NCBI GenBank assembly: GCA_050293845.1
Contig: JBNKNM010000001.1
Coordinates: 41,552-105,551 of the forward strand
DNA: 64,000 nucleotides
From: Pseudobacteriovorax sp.
GTDB lineage: Bacteria > Bdellovibrionota_B > Oligoflexia > Oligoflexales > Oligoflexaceae
Reading direction: 5' to 3'
Part shown: positions 41,172 to 50,503 of the stretch, piece after piece
How the letters are laid out: each line of letters begins with the position of its first letter
Position numbering within the stretch: the stretch's first letter is position 1
Notes under the pieces: model-generated
The model's input: only the letters and a program-made list of their open reading frames with translations
Database searches by the model: none
Told to the model about the DNA's origin: nothing
Program-made: the position numbers and the translations under genes

Positions 41172-41172
41172 A

Positions 41173-41937
41173 CTAATCCTTAAAATACTTAGGCGACGAA
41201 TTCCGCGTTTTGGGCTCTTTCATACCCCACGACCTTGGTAAATATACTATGGTACGTAACTTGTTAGTAGGTATTGGCTCGGAATCGTTAAATGTCTCCC
41301 CCTCAGGAATGTCCATGGCATAGCCTTCAATTTTTATTTTAACCATTTGGGGAAGTATATCTCGGAAGTCACTTTTATTGCTGTTCCAATCTTCCGTCCA
41401 GCTATCGCCATTCCAAGCCTCTAATTTTAATGATTTGATATTTCTTGCCAGCAGGTTCATAGGTATATCGTTTTCAAAGTCTTCTGGAATAATTTTAGTT
41501 TCCCCCCGAAAAAGATGGCTAACTCCAAAATCATCTTTTTCAACACGATAGACCACAAAGCTCTGGTCGGATTCGGCACTGGTGGCCACCAATGGCCTAT
41601 GGTTCATGGTCGTAAACCGCAACTCCCCGCTGCCATGCTTCTCATCTAAGGAAAAATAGGTTTTGTATCGCCGTTCAGTATAGAAGTTTTCTCCGCGACG
41701 TCGATTGACAAGATAAGCATGTTCCAAGTCAGCCGTCAGTTTTTGAATCACCACATCCATGGAATGATTGATACGTGCTTGCTCCGAGAGCGCCACCTGG
41801 ATATCGACTCCATTCCGGATCATTTGGGCTGAAGCCACAGTCAATACTAACAGGATCATCACAGCAAATATAACTTCAAGGAGGGATAGTCCTTCTTGTT
41901 TCTTTAAGCTATATATTCTCGTATCGTCAATCAGCAC
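41173..41937 (-). CDS. gspJ: Minor pseudopilin GspJ
   Basis: EG|LSLLEV prepilin motif; DLEHAY; W..DW..LPQMVKI. Confidence 0.8.
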   Translation of the reverse strand: MLIDDTRIYSLKKQEGLSLLEVIFAVMILLVLTVASAQMIRNGVDIQVALSEQARINHSMDVVIQKLTADLEHAYLVNRRRGENFYTERRYKTYFSLDEKHGSGELRFTTMNHRPLVATSAESDQSFVVYRVEKDDFGVSHLFRGETKIIPEDFENDIPMNLLARNIKSLKLEAWNGDSWTEDWNSNKSDFRDILPQMVKIKIEGYAMDIPEGETFNDSEPIPTNKLRTIVYLPRSWGMKEPKTRNSSPKYFKD

Positions 41938-42039
41938 GTAAATTCCCTAACTATAAAAACCCCATGAGCGATCTTGCTCCCCCACGGCAGCATTCTTGCG
42001 TGAAGAATTCATCCACACTTGTATCTTACGGACCTTGCT

Positions 42040-42720
42040 TTATCTTGGGTCCTTTATCTTATCTTTTTTCTTTTTGTCAGCTGGTGGTTTTCCCACGATA
42101 TCTTCTTCCACTTTTTTGAGTAATTTGCTCATCACATTCTTCTTGGCACCTATGTAATTATCCAGGGCCATCTGATTTGTAAGCAGCAAACTCAAGGTCA
42201 CACTGTCCTGGCGAGCACCTTCTGGCCAGAACACCTCAACTTTGGCGATTTTGAGCATATGACCATCAAATATACTCTCGATGGCCTTCTCAATACCAGG
42301 AATCCCAGCAAGTATGCCGCCTCCACCCTCGCTATCCCCATCTTCCCCGTCTTCAGCAGAAGCCCCTTCCCCTAGGAGTAAATCAAAAAGGGGGAGTTTC
42401 CACTCCTGAATGTCTAACTTGTAAGTATAATCAAAGTCTTCATCCCGTTCTTCAATAGGATAATCCTCTACTTTATTCAGGCCACGCTCCAGCTCCTTAA
42501 AGGGGTAATGGTGCCAATTGTATTCCACCTGGGACATGATACTTTTAGCCAGCCAAGTAGCTTCGGTCACACGGTGCATATAGGTGGACCCATTAATGAT
42601 GGCTCCTTGGGTCCCCACGGACTCGATAATCACCGGGAGCATGATAGCCAAAGCAATAAGAGTTTCCACTATGGTAAAGCTCGCCTCTTGAGGCTTTCTA
42701 TTTACGCTTTTGATCTTCAA
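42040..42720 (-). CDS. gspI: Minor pseudopilin GspI
   Basis: AS|FTIVETLIAL, ATWLAKSIM, VEVFW; lies between gspH and gspJ. Confidence 0.72.
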   Translation of the reverse strand: MKIKSVNRKPQEASFTIVETLIALAIMLPVIIESVGTQGAIINGSTYMHRVTEATWLAKSIMSQVEYNWHHYPFKELERGLNKVEDYPIEERDEDFDYTYKLDIQEWKLPLFDLLLGEGASAEDGEDGDSEGGGGILAGIPGIEKAIESIFDGHMLKIAKVEVFWPEGARQDSVTLSLLLTNQMALDNYIGAKKNVMSKLLKKVEEDIVGKPPADKKKKDKIKDPR

Positions 42721-43486
42721 AGATATTAACCTCTTTATAACCCGACTCTACTGACGCAACACCTTCGTATGGTTTGGTTGTTATAGTATACGGAACTTCA
42801 TTTGGATCAATTTCGTATTCACCAAGCTTTCCAGTAACATGAATCACAGCCCTTTCTACGTATCCATGGGGAAAAAAATAGAGATAGCCACGAGCTTGAT
42901 CCTGATACTCCTCTAAGCGAATCAGCCGAGAATGATGCTCCGCTTGCATATCTTGCACGACAAAGTAAGGACCGAGCGTCCTGCCCCGGAACTCTGGATC
43001 GTCAATTTTAGTCCACTCAATAGGCTTAAGTTTTTCGAAGTTTTTTACAAGGGGTGATGTGGGAGGGATCATGCGGTCGTTTTCATCATCATGAACCTCT
43101 ACACCAGCTAAGTCCTTATATTCCTCGAGCAGCTCATCGAACTCAGCCTGTCGCTCTGCAATCTCTTCCTCAGAAAGCTCGCGCTCTAATGATTCTGCCT
43201 CAACAAACACATCGGTTCTGTCCGTTGTCTCAACCCAATAATCTCCAGAGTTGAATGCAAATACCATCCTATAAGGTTTTTTATTCAGAACTGCTAGGTC
43301 AAAAACGCCCCGAATATCACCAGACAAAGTACTTATCTTGGATGCCGACTCGGTCATTCCAATAATACCAATATTGGGAAATACCATGACGAAAATCATC
43401 GATATTACAGCAATAACGATGATCACCTCAAGAAGGCTGAAGCCTAAAAGGCTATTATTTGTTGTAGCTCTGATACTACTTCTCAA
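42698..43486 (-). CDS. gspH: Minor pseudopilin GspH
   Basis: LG|FSLLEVIIV, YFFPHG; follows gspG. Confidence 0.75.
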   Translation of the reverse strand: MRSSIRATTNNSLLGFSLLEVIIVIAVISMIFVMVFPNIGIIGMTESASKISTLSGDIRGVFDLAVLNKKPYRMVFAFNSGDYWVETTDRTDVFVEAESLERELSEEEIAERQAEFDELLEEYKDLAGVEVHDDENDRMIPPTSPLVKNFEKLKPIEWTKIDDPEFRGRTLGPYFVVQDMQAEHHSRLIRLEEYQDQARGYLYFFPHGYVERAVIHVTGKLGEYEIDPNEVPYTITTKPYEGVASVESGYKEVNIFEDQKRK

Positions 43487-43582
43487 CAGGCACCTCTTAC
43501 TCGTATTCCACCAAGGATTGTGCCCAATAGACGATGAGATCGGGGTAAGTTCAGGGCGAACCTGGCTAAAGGTGAGTGCAGA

Positions 43583-44071
43583 CTATTCTTCCGCACCCTC
43601 ACCACCAGCCTCTTCAGGATAGGTCACATCGTCATCATTACCAAAGACTCCATCTGGACCCGGCGAGGTAATTTTGAAGTTTTTACCTTCTATGTCATAT
43701 TGATACTTATTACCCCATGGGTCTTTGAGCTTACCCTCATCCGCATAAGGACCTCGCCACCGTGTTGCTCCTGATGTTGGCTTAGCCACTAGAGCATCTA
43801 AGCCCTGCTCCTGTGTGGGAAAGCGAAAATTGTGGACCCGGTACATTTGAAGCTGAGTGTCCAGCTGTCCCATACCAAGCCTGGCGGCATCACGCATCGC
43901 TTCTTCTTGGCTATCTGTCAAATTTGTAACAACTAGAGTCATAATTACCCCCATCAAGGCGATCACGATGAGGATCTCGATAATTGTCATACCAGACTCT
44001 CGGGCTGCTTCCTTGTCAAATGGGGCTTTTAATAGCTTTTTCAACATAGTCAATTTCATAAGGTTCCTCAT
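43583..44071 (-). CDS. gspG: Major pseudopilin GspG
   Basis: SG|MTIIEILIV, FPTQEQGLDALV, WRGPY, DPWGN.Y, SPGPDG. Confidence 0.93.
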   Translation of the reverse strand: MRNLMKLTMLKKLLKAPFDKEAARESGMTIIEILIVIALMGVIMTLVVTNLTDSQEEAMRDAARLGMGQLDTQLQMYRVHNFRFPTQEQGLDALVAKPTSGATRWRGPYADEGKLKDPWGNKYQYDIEGKNFKITSPGPDGVFGNDDDVTYPEEAGGEGAEE

Positions 44072-44078
44072 TTAAAAA

Positions 44079-45308
44079 TCATCGCACTTGTCTCATAACT
44101 TGCATCATTGGCATTATCATAGCAAGAATAACTACCACAGCAATAACGAGTAAGCATAACATCATTATGGGCTCAATGAGAGAGATCATCTTTGAAATTC
44201 TCTGCTCAACTTCACTATCATATGCTCGGGATACATGGCCCAGCATCTGCTCCAATTCACCCGTTTTTTCCCCCGTTGCAATCATATGAGATACCAACCC
44301 CGGAAAAATACCACTACGACTGATACAAGCAGCTAAGCTATTTCCCTCTTGAACTTCAACCTTGGCTGTTTCAATGACTTCAGATAACAGTGAATTGTTA
44401 ACAACATTTTTAGTGATATCGAGAGCGTTGATAATGGGAACTCCCGAAGATAATAAGGTTGATAAGGTCTTAGTAAACCTTGAAACAGCTACCATAAGCG
44501 AAATTTTACCCACCAAGGGGAGCTTGATAAAAATGCGGTCCCAACTGCGCCTTCCCTTCTCACTGGAAACCCAAGTCCTAAAACTGAATACTGCTAAAAA
44601 CAGCAACAAAGGAAACAGATACCAGTAGGATTGAACAATGCCAGAAAAATCCATCAGAGCTTTAGTATACCAAGGAACTTCGATCCTCATATTCTCAAAT
44701 ACTTTTGCCAACTTAGGGACAATAACCACCAAAAGAAAGCCAACAATAGCTAGGGAAATTACGATCATAATCGCCGGGTAAAGCATAGCGTTAACCACTT
44801 TGCCTCGAATAGCGAGTTGATACTCCATAAAATCTGATAAGCGCTCTAACACCGTTGAAAGGGTACCTGAGCTTTCTCCAGCCCGCACCATATTCACGTA
44901 AAGCTTGTTAAAAACCCCTGGGTACTGCGCTGAGGAATCGGCTAAGGACTTACCTTCCGAAACGCTGTCTTTTACAGCAGATAAGGTTTTTCTTAAGGTG
45001 TCATTTTCAATCTGTGATACTAGAGCTTTCAGACTTTCGTCTAAGGGAACGTGGGCGCCTTGTAGGGTGGCAAATTGTCGAACCATTACCGATAATTCAG
45101 CCAGGGACACCTTAGGTGCAAACAATGTAAAACTAAAAGATTTGGACGAACTTGAAGAGGAAACACTTTCCTCTTTTATTTCTGCAACTATTATTTTCTG
45201 ACGTTGTTTTAAGGCTTGCCGAGCAGCTCTTTCTGATTCGGCATCCACTTTTCCTTTTCGCGACGCTCCTGTGGCAGCGTCATAGCCTTTGTACGAGTAA
45301 AGTGGCAT
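44079..45308 (-). CDS. gspF: Type II secretion inner-membrane platform GspF
   Basis: RQFATL, AGESSGTL, MLYP, GEKTGEL, LIEP. Confidence 0.93.
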   Translation of the reverse strand: MPLYSYKGYDAATGASRKGKVDAESERAARQALKQRQKIIVAEIKEESVSSSSSSKSFSFTLFAPKVSLAELSVMVRQFATLQGAHVPLDESLKALVSQIENDTLRKTLSAVKDSVSEGKSLADSSAQYPGVFNKLYVNMVRAGESSGTLSTVLERLSDFMEYQLAIRGKVVNAMLYPAIMIVISLAIVGFLLVVIVPKLAKVFENMRIEVPWYTKALMDFSGIVQSYWYLFPLLLFLAVFSFRTWVSSEKGRRSWDRIFIKLPLVGKISLMVAVSRFTKTLSTLLSSGVPIINALDITKNVVNNSLLSEVIETAKVEVQEGNSLAACISRSGIFPGLVSHMIATGEKTGELEQMLGHVSRAYDSEVEQRISKMISLIEPIMMLCLLVIAVVVILAMIMPMMQVMRQVR

Positions 45309-45311
45309 CGT

Positions 45312-47150
45312 CTAACCTTTCTCCAATGCTCCGTCCATCTCAATATCATCCACTTGGGTTTTGCGTATGGCCTCTTCGAGAGATGTTCTTCCCTGGATGA
45401 CTTTAAGTAATGCTGAATCGCGCAACGTGGTCATGCCTTTTTCTACCGCAAGCTTCTTAATAGATTTCGCATCTTGGGTACGCAGTATCAGATTGCGAAC
45501 CTCATCGTCAAACACTAATAGTTCATACACCCCTACCCGGCCTAGGTAACCGATGCCAAAACACTTATCGCATCCTGGACCAGCTCGGTATATGGTCTTG
45601 CCTTTAATCTCTTGACGACTAACATTAAGAATATGAAGCTCCTCATCTGGGGGCTCATAAGCTTCTCGACAGTTGGTACAAAGCGTCCGCAACAACCTTG
45701 TAGCTACAATTCCCAGGACCGCCGAGGAAAGCTGGAACGGCTGAACTCCAAAATCCAAAAAGCGTGTTACTGTTGATGCTGTATCATTAGTATGGACAGT
45801 AGAAAGAACTAAATGCCCGGTAATGGACGCTTGTACGGCTATCTTAGCTGTTTCGGCGTCACGAATCTCACCAATCATAATAACATCAGGGTCTTGCCGC
45901 AAAATTGCCCGCAACCCGCTGGCAAAGGTCATACCCACCTTTTCTTTGACTTCGATCTGGCCAATACCCGAGACCTGATATTCCACCGGATCTTCAATAG
46001 TCAGAATATTAATATCAGTGGTATTAATATGCATGAGCGAGGCATAGAGCAGTGTACTTTTACCAGATCCTGTGGGACCAGTTACCAGTATAATACCATG
46101 CTTCTGCTCCGCCAATTCACAAAAGTTATCGTACATGCGACGATCAAGACCCATCTGATCGAGCCTCTTACCACCGGCTGACTTATCTAAGAGTCGCATG
46201 ACGATTCGTTCCCCAAAACTCACAGGTAGCACGGATAACCGGACATCGATGTCTTTACCAGCAACCTTGATAGAAATACGTCCGTCTTGTGGCACACGTT
46301 TTTCAGCAATATTGAGTTTACCGATAATTTTAACACGTGAGGCCAGACTACCGGCGTGCCGCCGTGGAATCGAGGTTTTATCTTGTAGCATCCCATCGAT
46401 CCTGAAGCGCACCAGCACTTCATTTTCAAGTGGTTCGATATGGATATCAGAGGCCCTTTCCTTTACCGCTCTGGCTAGAATACTATTAACTAGACGGATA
46501 ATAGGTTTTTCGTCATCCGATGATTCCAATAGGTCTCGGGTTTCTTCTAGATCTTCATCAGCCCCTACTTCACCAAGGCTCAACTCATCGATCACCTTTT
46601 GGGAAGCATCATTCGCCCTTTCAAATACCCTGTTAATACTGTTCTCAATGACAGCTGGTGGGCTCACAATCATATTGATATTAGTTGAAAGGATGAGTCG
46701 CAAATCATCTAAGGGGTATATATTAAGGGGATCGCTGACGACAACGGTCACATTGAAATCATCTCGGGCAATGGGAAGAATTTTGTTATCGCGGCAGAAT
46801 TGGATAGGAATGGCATCTACCAGTGCCGGATCTATGTCGTTAATAGGAAGCCGATCATAGTATGGTAAGTCTAGCTGTAAGGCCAAAGCTTTCAGCATTT
46901 CTTCTTCACTCACATATTCTTTTTCCACAAGAAGCTCGCCTAACTTCCGTGGATTATCTTCCGCATTTTGCAGGCTCAATGCCTCTGCGAGTTGTTTTTG
47001 GGAAATGCGGTCAGTTTCAACTAGTATCTGCCCCAAAGACTTATGCTGCAAACTCCTAAAGTCTACCGTCGGCAAACTCGACCACCGAGGCACTGCCACG
47101 TCGGCATCCATTTTTTCATCATTTTGCTCATCTTGACTCATACTTCTCAC
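45312..47150 (-). CDS. gspE: Type II secretion ATPase GspE
   Basis: ASDIHIEP, PQDGR, GPTGSGKS, EDPVE, LRQDPD, GEIRD, CxxC pairs; N-terminal MshEN-like repeats. Confidence 0.95.
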   Translation of the reverse strand: MRSMSQDEQNDEKMDADVAVPRWSSLPTVDFRSLQHKSLGQILVETDRISQKQLAEALSLQNAEDNPRKLGELLVEKEYVSEEEMLKALALQLDLPYYDRLPINDIDPALVDAIPIQFCRDNKILPIARDDFNVTVVVSDPLNIYPLDDLRLILSTNINMIVSPPAVIENSINRVFERANDASQKVIDELSLGEVGADEDLEETRDLLESSDDEKPIIRLVNSILARAVKERASDIHIEPLENEVLVRFRIDGMLQDKTSIPRRHAGSLASRVKIIGKLNIAEKRVPQDGRISIKVAGKDIDVRLSVLPVSFGERIVMRLLDKSAGGKRLDQMGLDRRMYDNFCELAEQKHGIILVTGPTGSGKSTLLYASLMHINTTDINILTIEDPVEYQVSGIGQIEVKEKVGMTFASGLRAILRQDPDVIMIGEIRDAETAKIAVQASITGHLVLSTVHTNDTASTVTRFLDFGVQPFQLSSAVLGIVATRLLRTLCTNCREAYEPPDEELHILNVSRQEIKGKTIYRAGPGCDKCFGIGYLGRVGVYELLVFDDEVRNLILRTQDAKSIKKLAVEKGMTTLRDSALLKVIQGRTSLEEAIRKTQVDDIEMDGALEKG

Positions 47151-49435
47151 TCATCGTTATCATCTGGCTCTGGCGGATCAAAGGACTCTGGTGGGTCAAT
47201 GGGCTCTGGCGGATCTATCGGTTCAGATAAAACTCCCTCATCGTCAAAACCGCCATCAAGGGGGACTGGTACAGGAGTTGGACTTTCCAACATAGAATCC
47301 TTATCGCGGGAAGAATCGGAGCTACTTGCTGGCTTAGCTTCCTGCTCCAGCTCCTTTAGGAAAGACTCCCGATCTTGCTCTCCGTCATCCCCACTAGTGC
47401 TTCTGCCATCCGCAATTGTAGGTAAGGCCCTATAAAAGGTATCACTATCGGAGTATCCAAAGGCATCTTGCAGCAGAATATCCCGTTCTTTGACCTTCTG
47501 CTCATAAATGGCAGCCAGGTCATTAGCACCATATACGATATGAGGAGTTAAAAATATCATCAAGCTAGTTGTCGTTTTAGAAATTTTAGAGTTTCTAAAC
47601 AACCAACCTAAAATTGGCAAATCGCCCAACAACGGAATCTTTTGGTAGACTTCTTGCTCTCGACGCTTCACCAGGCCTGACACTACCGCTGTCTGGCCGT
47701 TTCTTACGGTTACTATCTGGGAGGTTTGGCGTTTGTTTATATTAGGTAGCCCATTATTAGCATCAATAGCGCCTTCGTTAGCCTCCAATTTAATTTTTAA
47801 GGTAACGTAGTTTCCGGAATGACTGACGTTGGGTTTGATTTCCAAACTGAGATCCGCATCCTCTTTCTCGACCTTTTCTACAGCTCCTGCCCCAACCGCG
47901 GCACTTGTTTGAGCACTTTTGAAAAATAGCGTATCACCAACAACGATGCTCGCCTCTTCATTGTTAGAAGTTAGCAGGTGAGGTGATGACAAGACACGGG
48001 TATTGCCATCAGCTTTCAGCATGCTGATCAAGCCGCCGGGGCGCACGTTGCCAATACCAGGAATCTCCACAGCCTTGGCTGCCAAAACCCCGATGGTAAA
48101 GTCCCGACCTAGCGCTTCGGCAATACCTAACTTAGTATTATTGTCGCTCTGACCATCTGCCGCTGCAATTATTGGCGCTATATTTTTCCCTTGCCAGCCA
48201 TAGGAAGTTAAAGTACCAGTCGCTTCTTTTCCTGCAATAATAGAGGTACCAAAATTAAAGGCATTATTAAGATTCACATCAAGAATATCTGCTTCCACAT
48301 ATACCTGAGCGCGCCTGCGATCCAGCTTCCTGATGATGGAATTGATAGCCTCATATGCGGAACGTGATCCAGTAATGAGTAAGGCATTAGAGCTTTCATC
48401 AGACGCAATCTTTACATTATCACCAAGATCAGCAACAACCGCCCCCTCAGATTCTCGATTTTTTGTTGTCGATGTACGACGCCTTACACTTCTACCAATG
48501 GTACGAGTTCTAGAATTCCTGTTGGCCCCTTGAGCCAGAGAGCTTAAGGTGGAGGCCAATTTTTTTGCATCAGCATAGTCTAAGAACCTAACCCGGATAG
48601 CTGCCTGATTCGCGGGATCATCTACGGGAAAGTCAAATTTCTTCACGAGATCCTTCACGTCCTGAATGGTACGAGGAGGACCAAAAATGACAACCGAATT
48701 TGATCTTTCATCCACTGATATTTTATAGGTTCGGTACCCACTCCGCTTTTTCTTACTCGTTGTAGAGGCTTTTAGAATATCACCTACCTTTTGTGAAATA
48801 ATTTTCGCATCACCGTAGCGTATTGGAACCAAAGCGACTTTCGGCTGTTGACCGGCTACATCCAATAATTCCACAATCTGAAGAATGCGACGAACCTTAA
48901 AACCTGTATCGCTGATAATCAACGTATTCGTAGGCTGATAAGCAATCATCGAGTTAGTTGATACGATACGATTCAGGGTAGATTGAACCTGCTTGGCATC
49001 AATATATTTCAGGGGAACGATCTGAGTAATAAGCTTATCGGTACGAGGCGACCATGAGGTCCCTTGGTAAATTCTTAAATTATCTTTCAGAGCGTTTCTA
49101 GTTGGCATGATTTTTATAACCTTGCCCGTTTCTACCGTTGTTAAACCCAAAACATTAAGGGCTGATAAAAAAGCTTGATATGCTTCTTCTTTTGTCACTT
49201 TTTTAGGAGAAATCATCTGGACTTTGCCATTGACGCCCTTACCCAAAATAACATTCTTCCCAGTCCAGAGTGCGACAGCACGAATAATATCTTTAATATC
49301 TGTTGGCTCAGGAAAGTCGATACTGACCAACTCCTGACCTTCAGGCACATTTGATGCTACCGGCTTATTTTGAGCATAGCCTCGAAAACCCAGACAGAGA
49401 GCAAAAATCCATATCAACTGATGTTTGTAGCTCAC
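47147..49435 (-). CDS. gspD: Type II secretion secretin GspD
   Basis: N0-N3 domains, RAQVYVEA, NEEA.I.VG, KIPLLGDLPILGWLF, LMIFLTPHI. Confidence 0.95.
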   Translation of the reverse strand: MSYKHQLIWIFALCLGFRGYAQNKPVASNVPEGQELVSIDFPEPTDIKDIIRAVALWTGKNVILGKGVNGKVQMISPKKVTKEEAYQAFLSALNVLGLTTVETGKVIKIMPTRNALKDNLRIYQGTSWSPRTDKLITQIVPLKYIDAKQVQSTLNRIVSTNSMIAYQPTNTLIISDTGFKVRRILQIVELLDVAGQQPKVALVPIRYGDAKIISQKVGDILKASTTSKKKRSGYRTYKISVDERSNSVVIFGPPRTIQDVKDLVKKFDFPVDDPANQAAIRVRFLDYADAKKLASTLSSLAQGANRNSRTRTIGRSVRRRTSTTKNRESEGAVVADLGDNVKIASDESSNALLITGSRSAYEAINSIIRKLDRRRAQVYVEADILDVNLNNAFNFGTSIIAGKEATGTLTSYGWQGKNIAPIIAAADGQSDNNTKLGIAEALGRDFTIGVLAAKAVEIPGIGNVRPGGLISMLKADGNTRVLSSPHLLTSNNEEASIVVGDTLFFKSAQTSAAVGAGAVEKVEKEDADLSLEIKPNVSHSGNYVTLKIKLEANEGAIDANNGLPNINKRQTSQIVTVRNGQTAVVSGLVKRREQEVYQKIPLLGDLPILGWLFRNSKISKTTTSLMIFLTPHIVYGANDLAAIYEQKVKERDILLQDAFGYSDSDTFYRALPTIADGRSTSGDDGEQDRESFLKELEQEAKPASSSDSSRDKDSMLESPTPVPVPLDGGFDDEGVLSEPIDPPEPIDPPESFDPPEPDDNDE
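47165..47224 (-). repeat. Degenerate 18-nt tandem repeat encoding EPIDPP-EPIDPP-ESFDPP-EP in the GspD tail
   Basis: GGCTCTGGCGGATC occurs at 47166 and 47202. Confidence 0.7.
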
Positions 49436-49507
49436 TGTTTTTTTCCCCCTTGCATTAGTCTTTTCAACATGGACACTTCTCCCGTCGAGCGCAACTTAGC
49501 GCCAAAA

Positions 49508-50491
49508 CTACTTAATTTCAACGCTTATGTTTGAAGGAGTCTTTCCTTTTTTCAAGACTCCTATATTGATTTGACGCTCATTCTGGAGCGCTTCGTAAAG
49601 AGCAAAGCCCTTATCAGGCTGGGCCATACTCATCCCATTTACCGAAGTGATAACGTCACCGCTATTGAGGTTTATTTTCTTCCATAACGATTTTGACTTA
49701 ACACCAATCAACTTAAAACCAATCATACTTCCATCTCGGTTATAGGGAACTAAGCGTCCCGATTCTAAAATTTTTGCAAAGCCGGGTCCTAAGGCCTCCT
49801 CTACAAAGCTACTAGACACTTGAATCGTAGCTAAGTCATCGGAATCAAATGAATCTAACTTTACGGGTTCCCGGGCCTCGGAACTTGGTGAAGATGAAAA
49901 ACCTGGGCCTTTTACTGCAGAGATTTCAAGACATTCCTTCACACCATTATTGTTGATCACAAGCCTTTTCTGTTGCACTGCGTAGACGACAGCTTGATCC
50001 TGACCAAGGATCGCATCACCTGCGCGGTAGACATCGGCTTCTCGATAACCTTTTTCTCTAACTGTAGCCAGAGAGCTTTCCAAATCACCGCTATAGATAA
50101 TACCTACTAAAGACAGCGGTAGACTAGATTTTATACACTTATCGTCAGCATTAAAGATTCCCGACTCATTTGTATCTTCAAGATTGGGGTCCGATTCATC
50201 AGGTAGTTCTCCACTGGAATTAAAAATGTTACGTCCCACCACAGTACGACGAACTTCCCTGTAGTTGAGAGATTTACGTAAATCGGGTCGTGTCGCGACC
50301 GCAGGCACCCCATGGTAAGACTGAATCGCCGCGTCAGACAAAAAGCCAATAAATATTGTAGAAGCCGAAGATGCTAACAAATAAGAAAGCAATAAAACCC
50401 CAACACTTTTGGCACCTAGATTCGTCGTAACACGAATCGTTCGGTCATGGCTTTTCCAATAGGTAAGTAATTTATCTTTTACATCAGCCAC
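49508..50491 (-). CDS. gspC: GspC (HR + PDZ), copy 2
   Basis: TM, RNIFNS, LSLVGII, GFKL, LNSGDVITSVNG. Confidence 0.85.
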   Translation of the reverse strand: MADVKDKLLTYWKSHDRTIRVTTNLGAKSVGVLLLSYLLASSASTIFIGFLSDAAIQSYHGVPAVATRPDLRKSLNYREVRRTVVGRNIFNSSGELPDESDPNLEDTNESGIFNADDKCIKSSLPLSLVGIIYSGDLESSLATVREKGYREADVYRAGDAILGQDQAVVYAVQQKRLVINNNGVKECLEISAVKGPGFSSSPSSEAREPVKLDSFDSDDLATIQVSSSFVEEALGPGFAKILESGRLVPYNRDGSMIGFKLIGVKSKSLWKKINLNSGDVITSVNGMSMAQPDKGFALYEALQNERQINIGVLKKGKTPSNISVEIK

Positions 50492-50503
50492 CGCTTACGT
50501 TTC

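Noticed and set aside
46198..46860. 220-aa + strand ORF, and similar shadow ORFs such as 38300-38734, 47043-47435 and 36859-37233
   Set aside because: Antisense to well-supported gsp genes; Ser/Ile-rich composition typical of reverse-frame shadows
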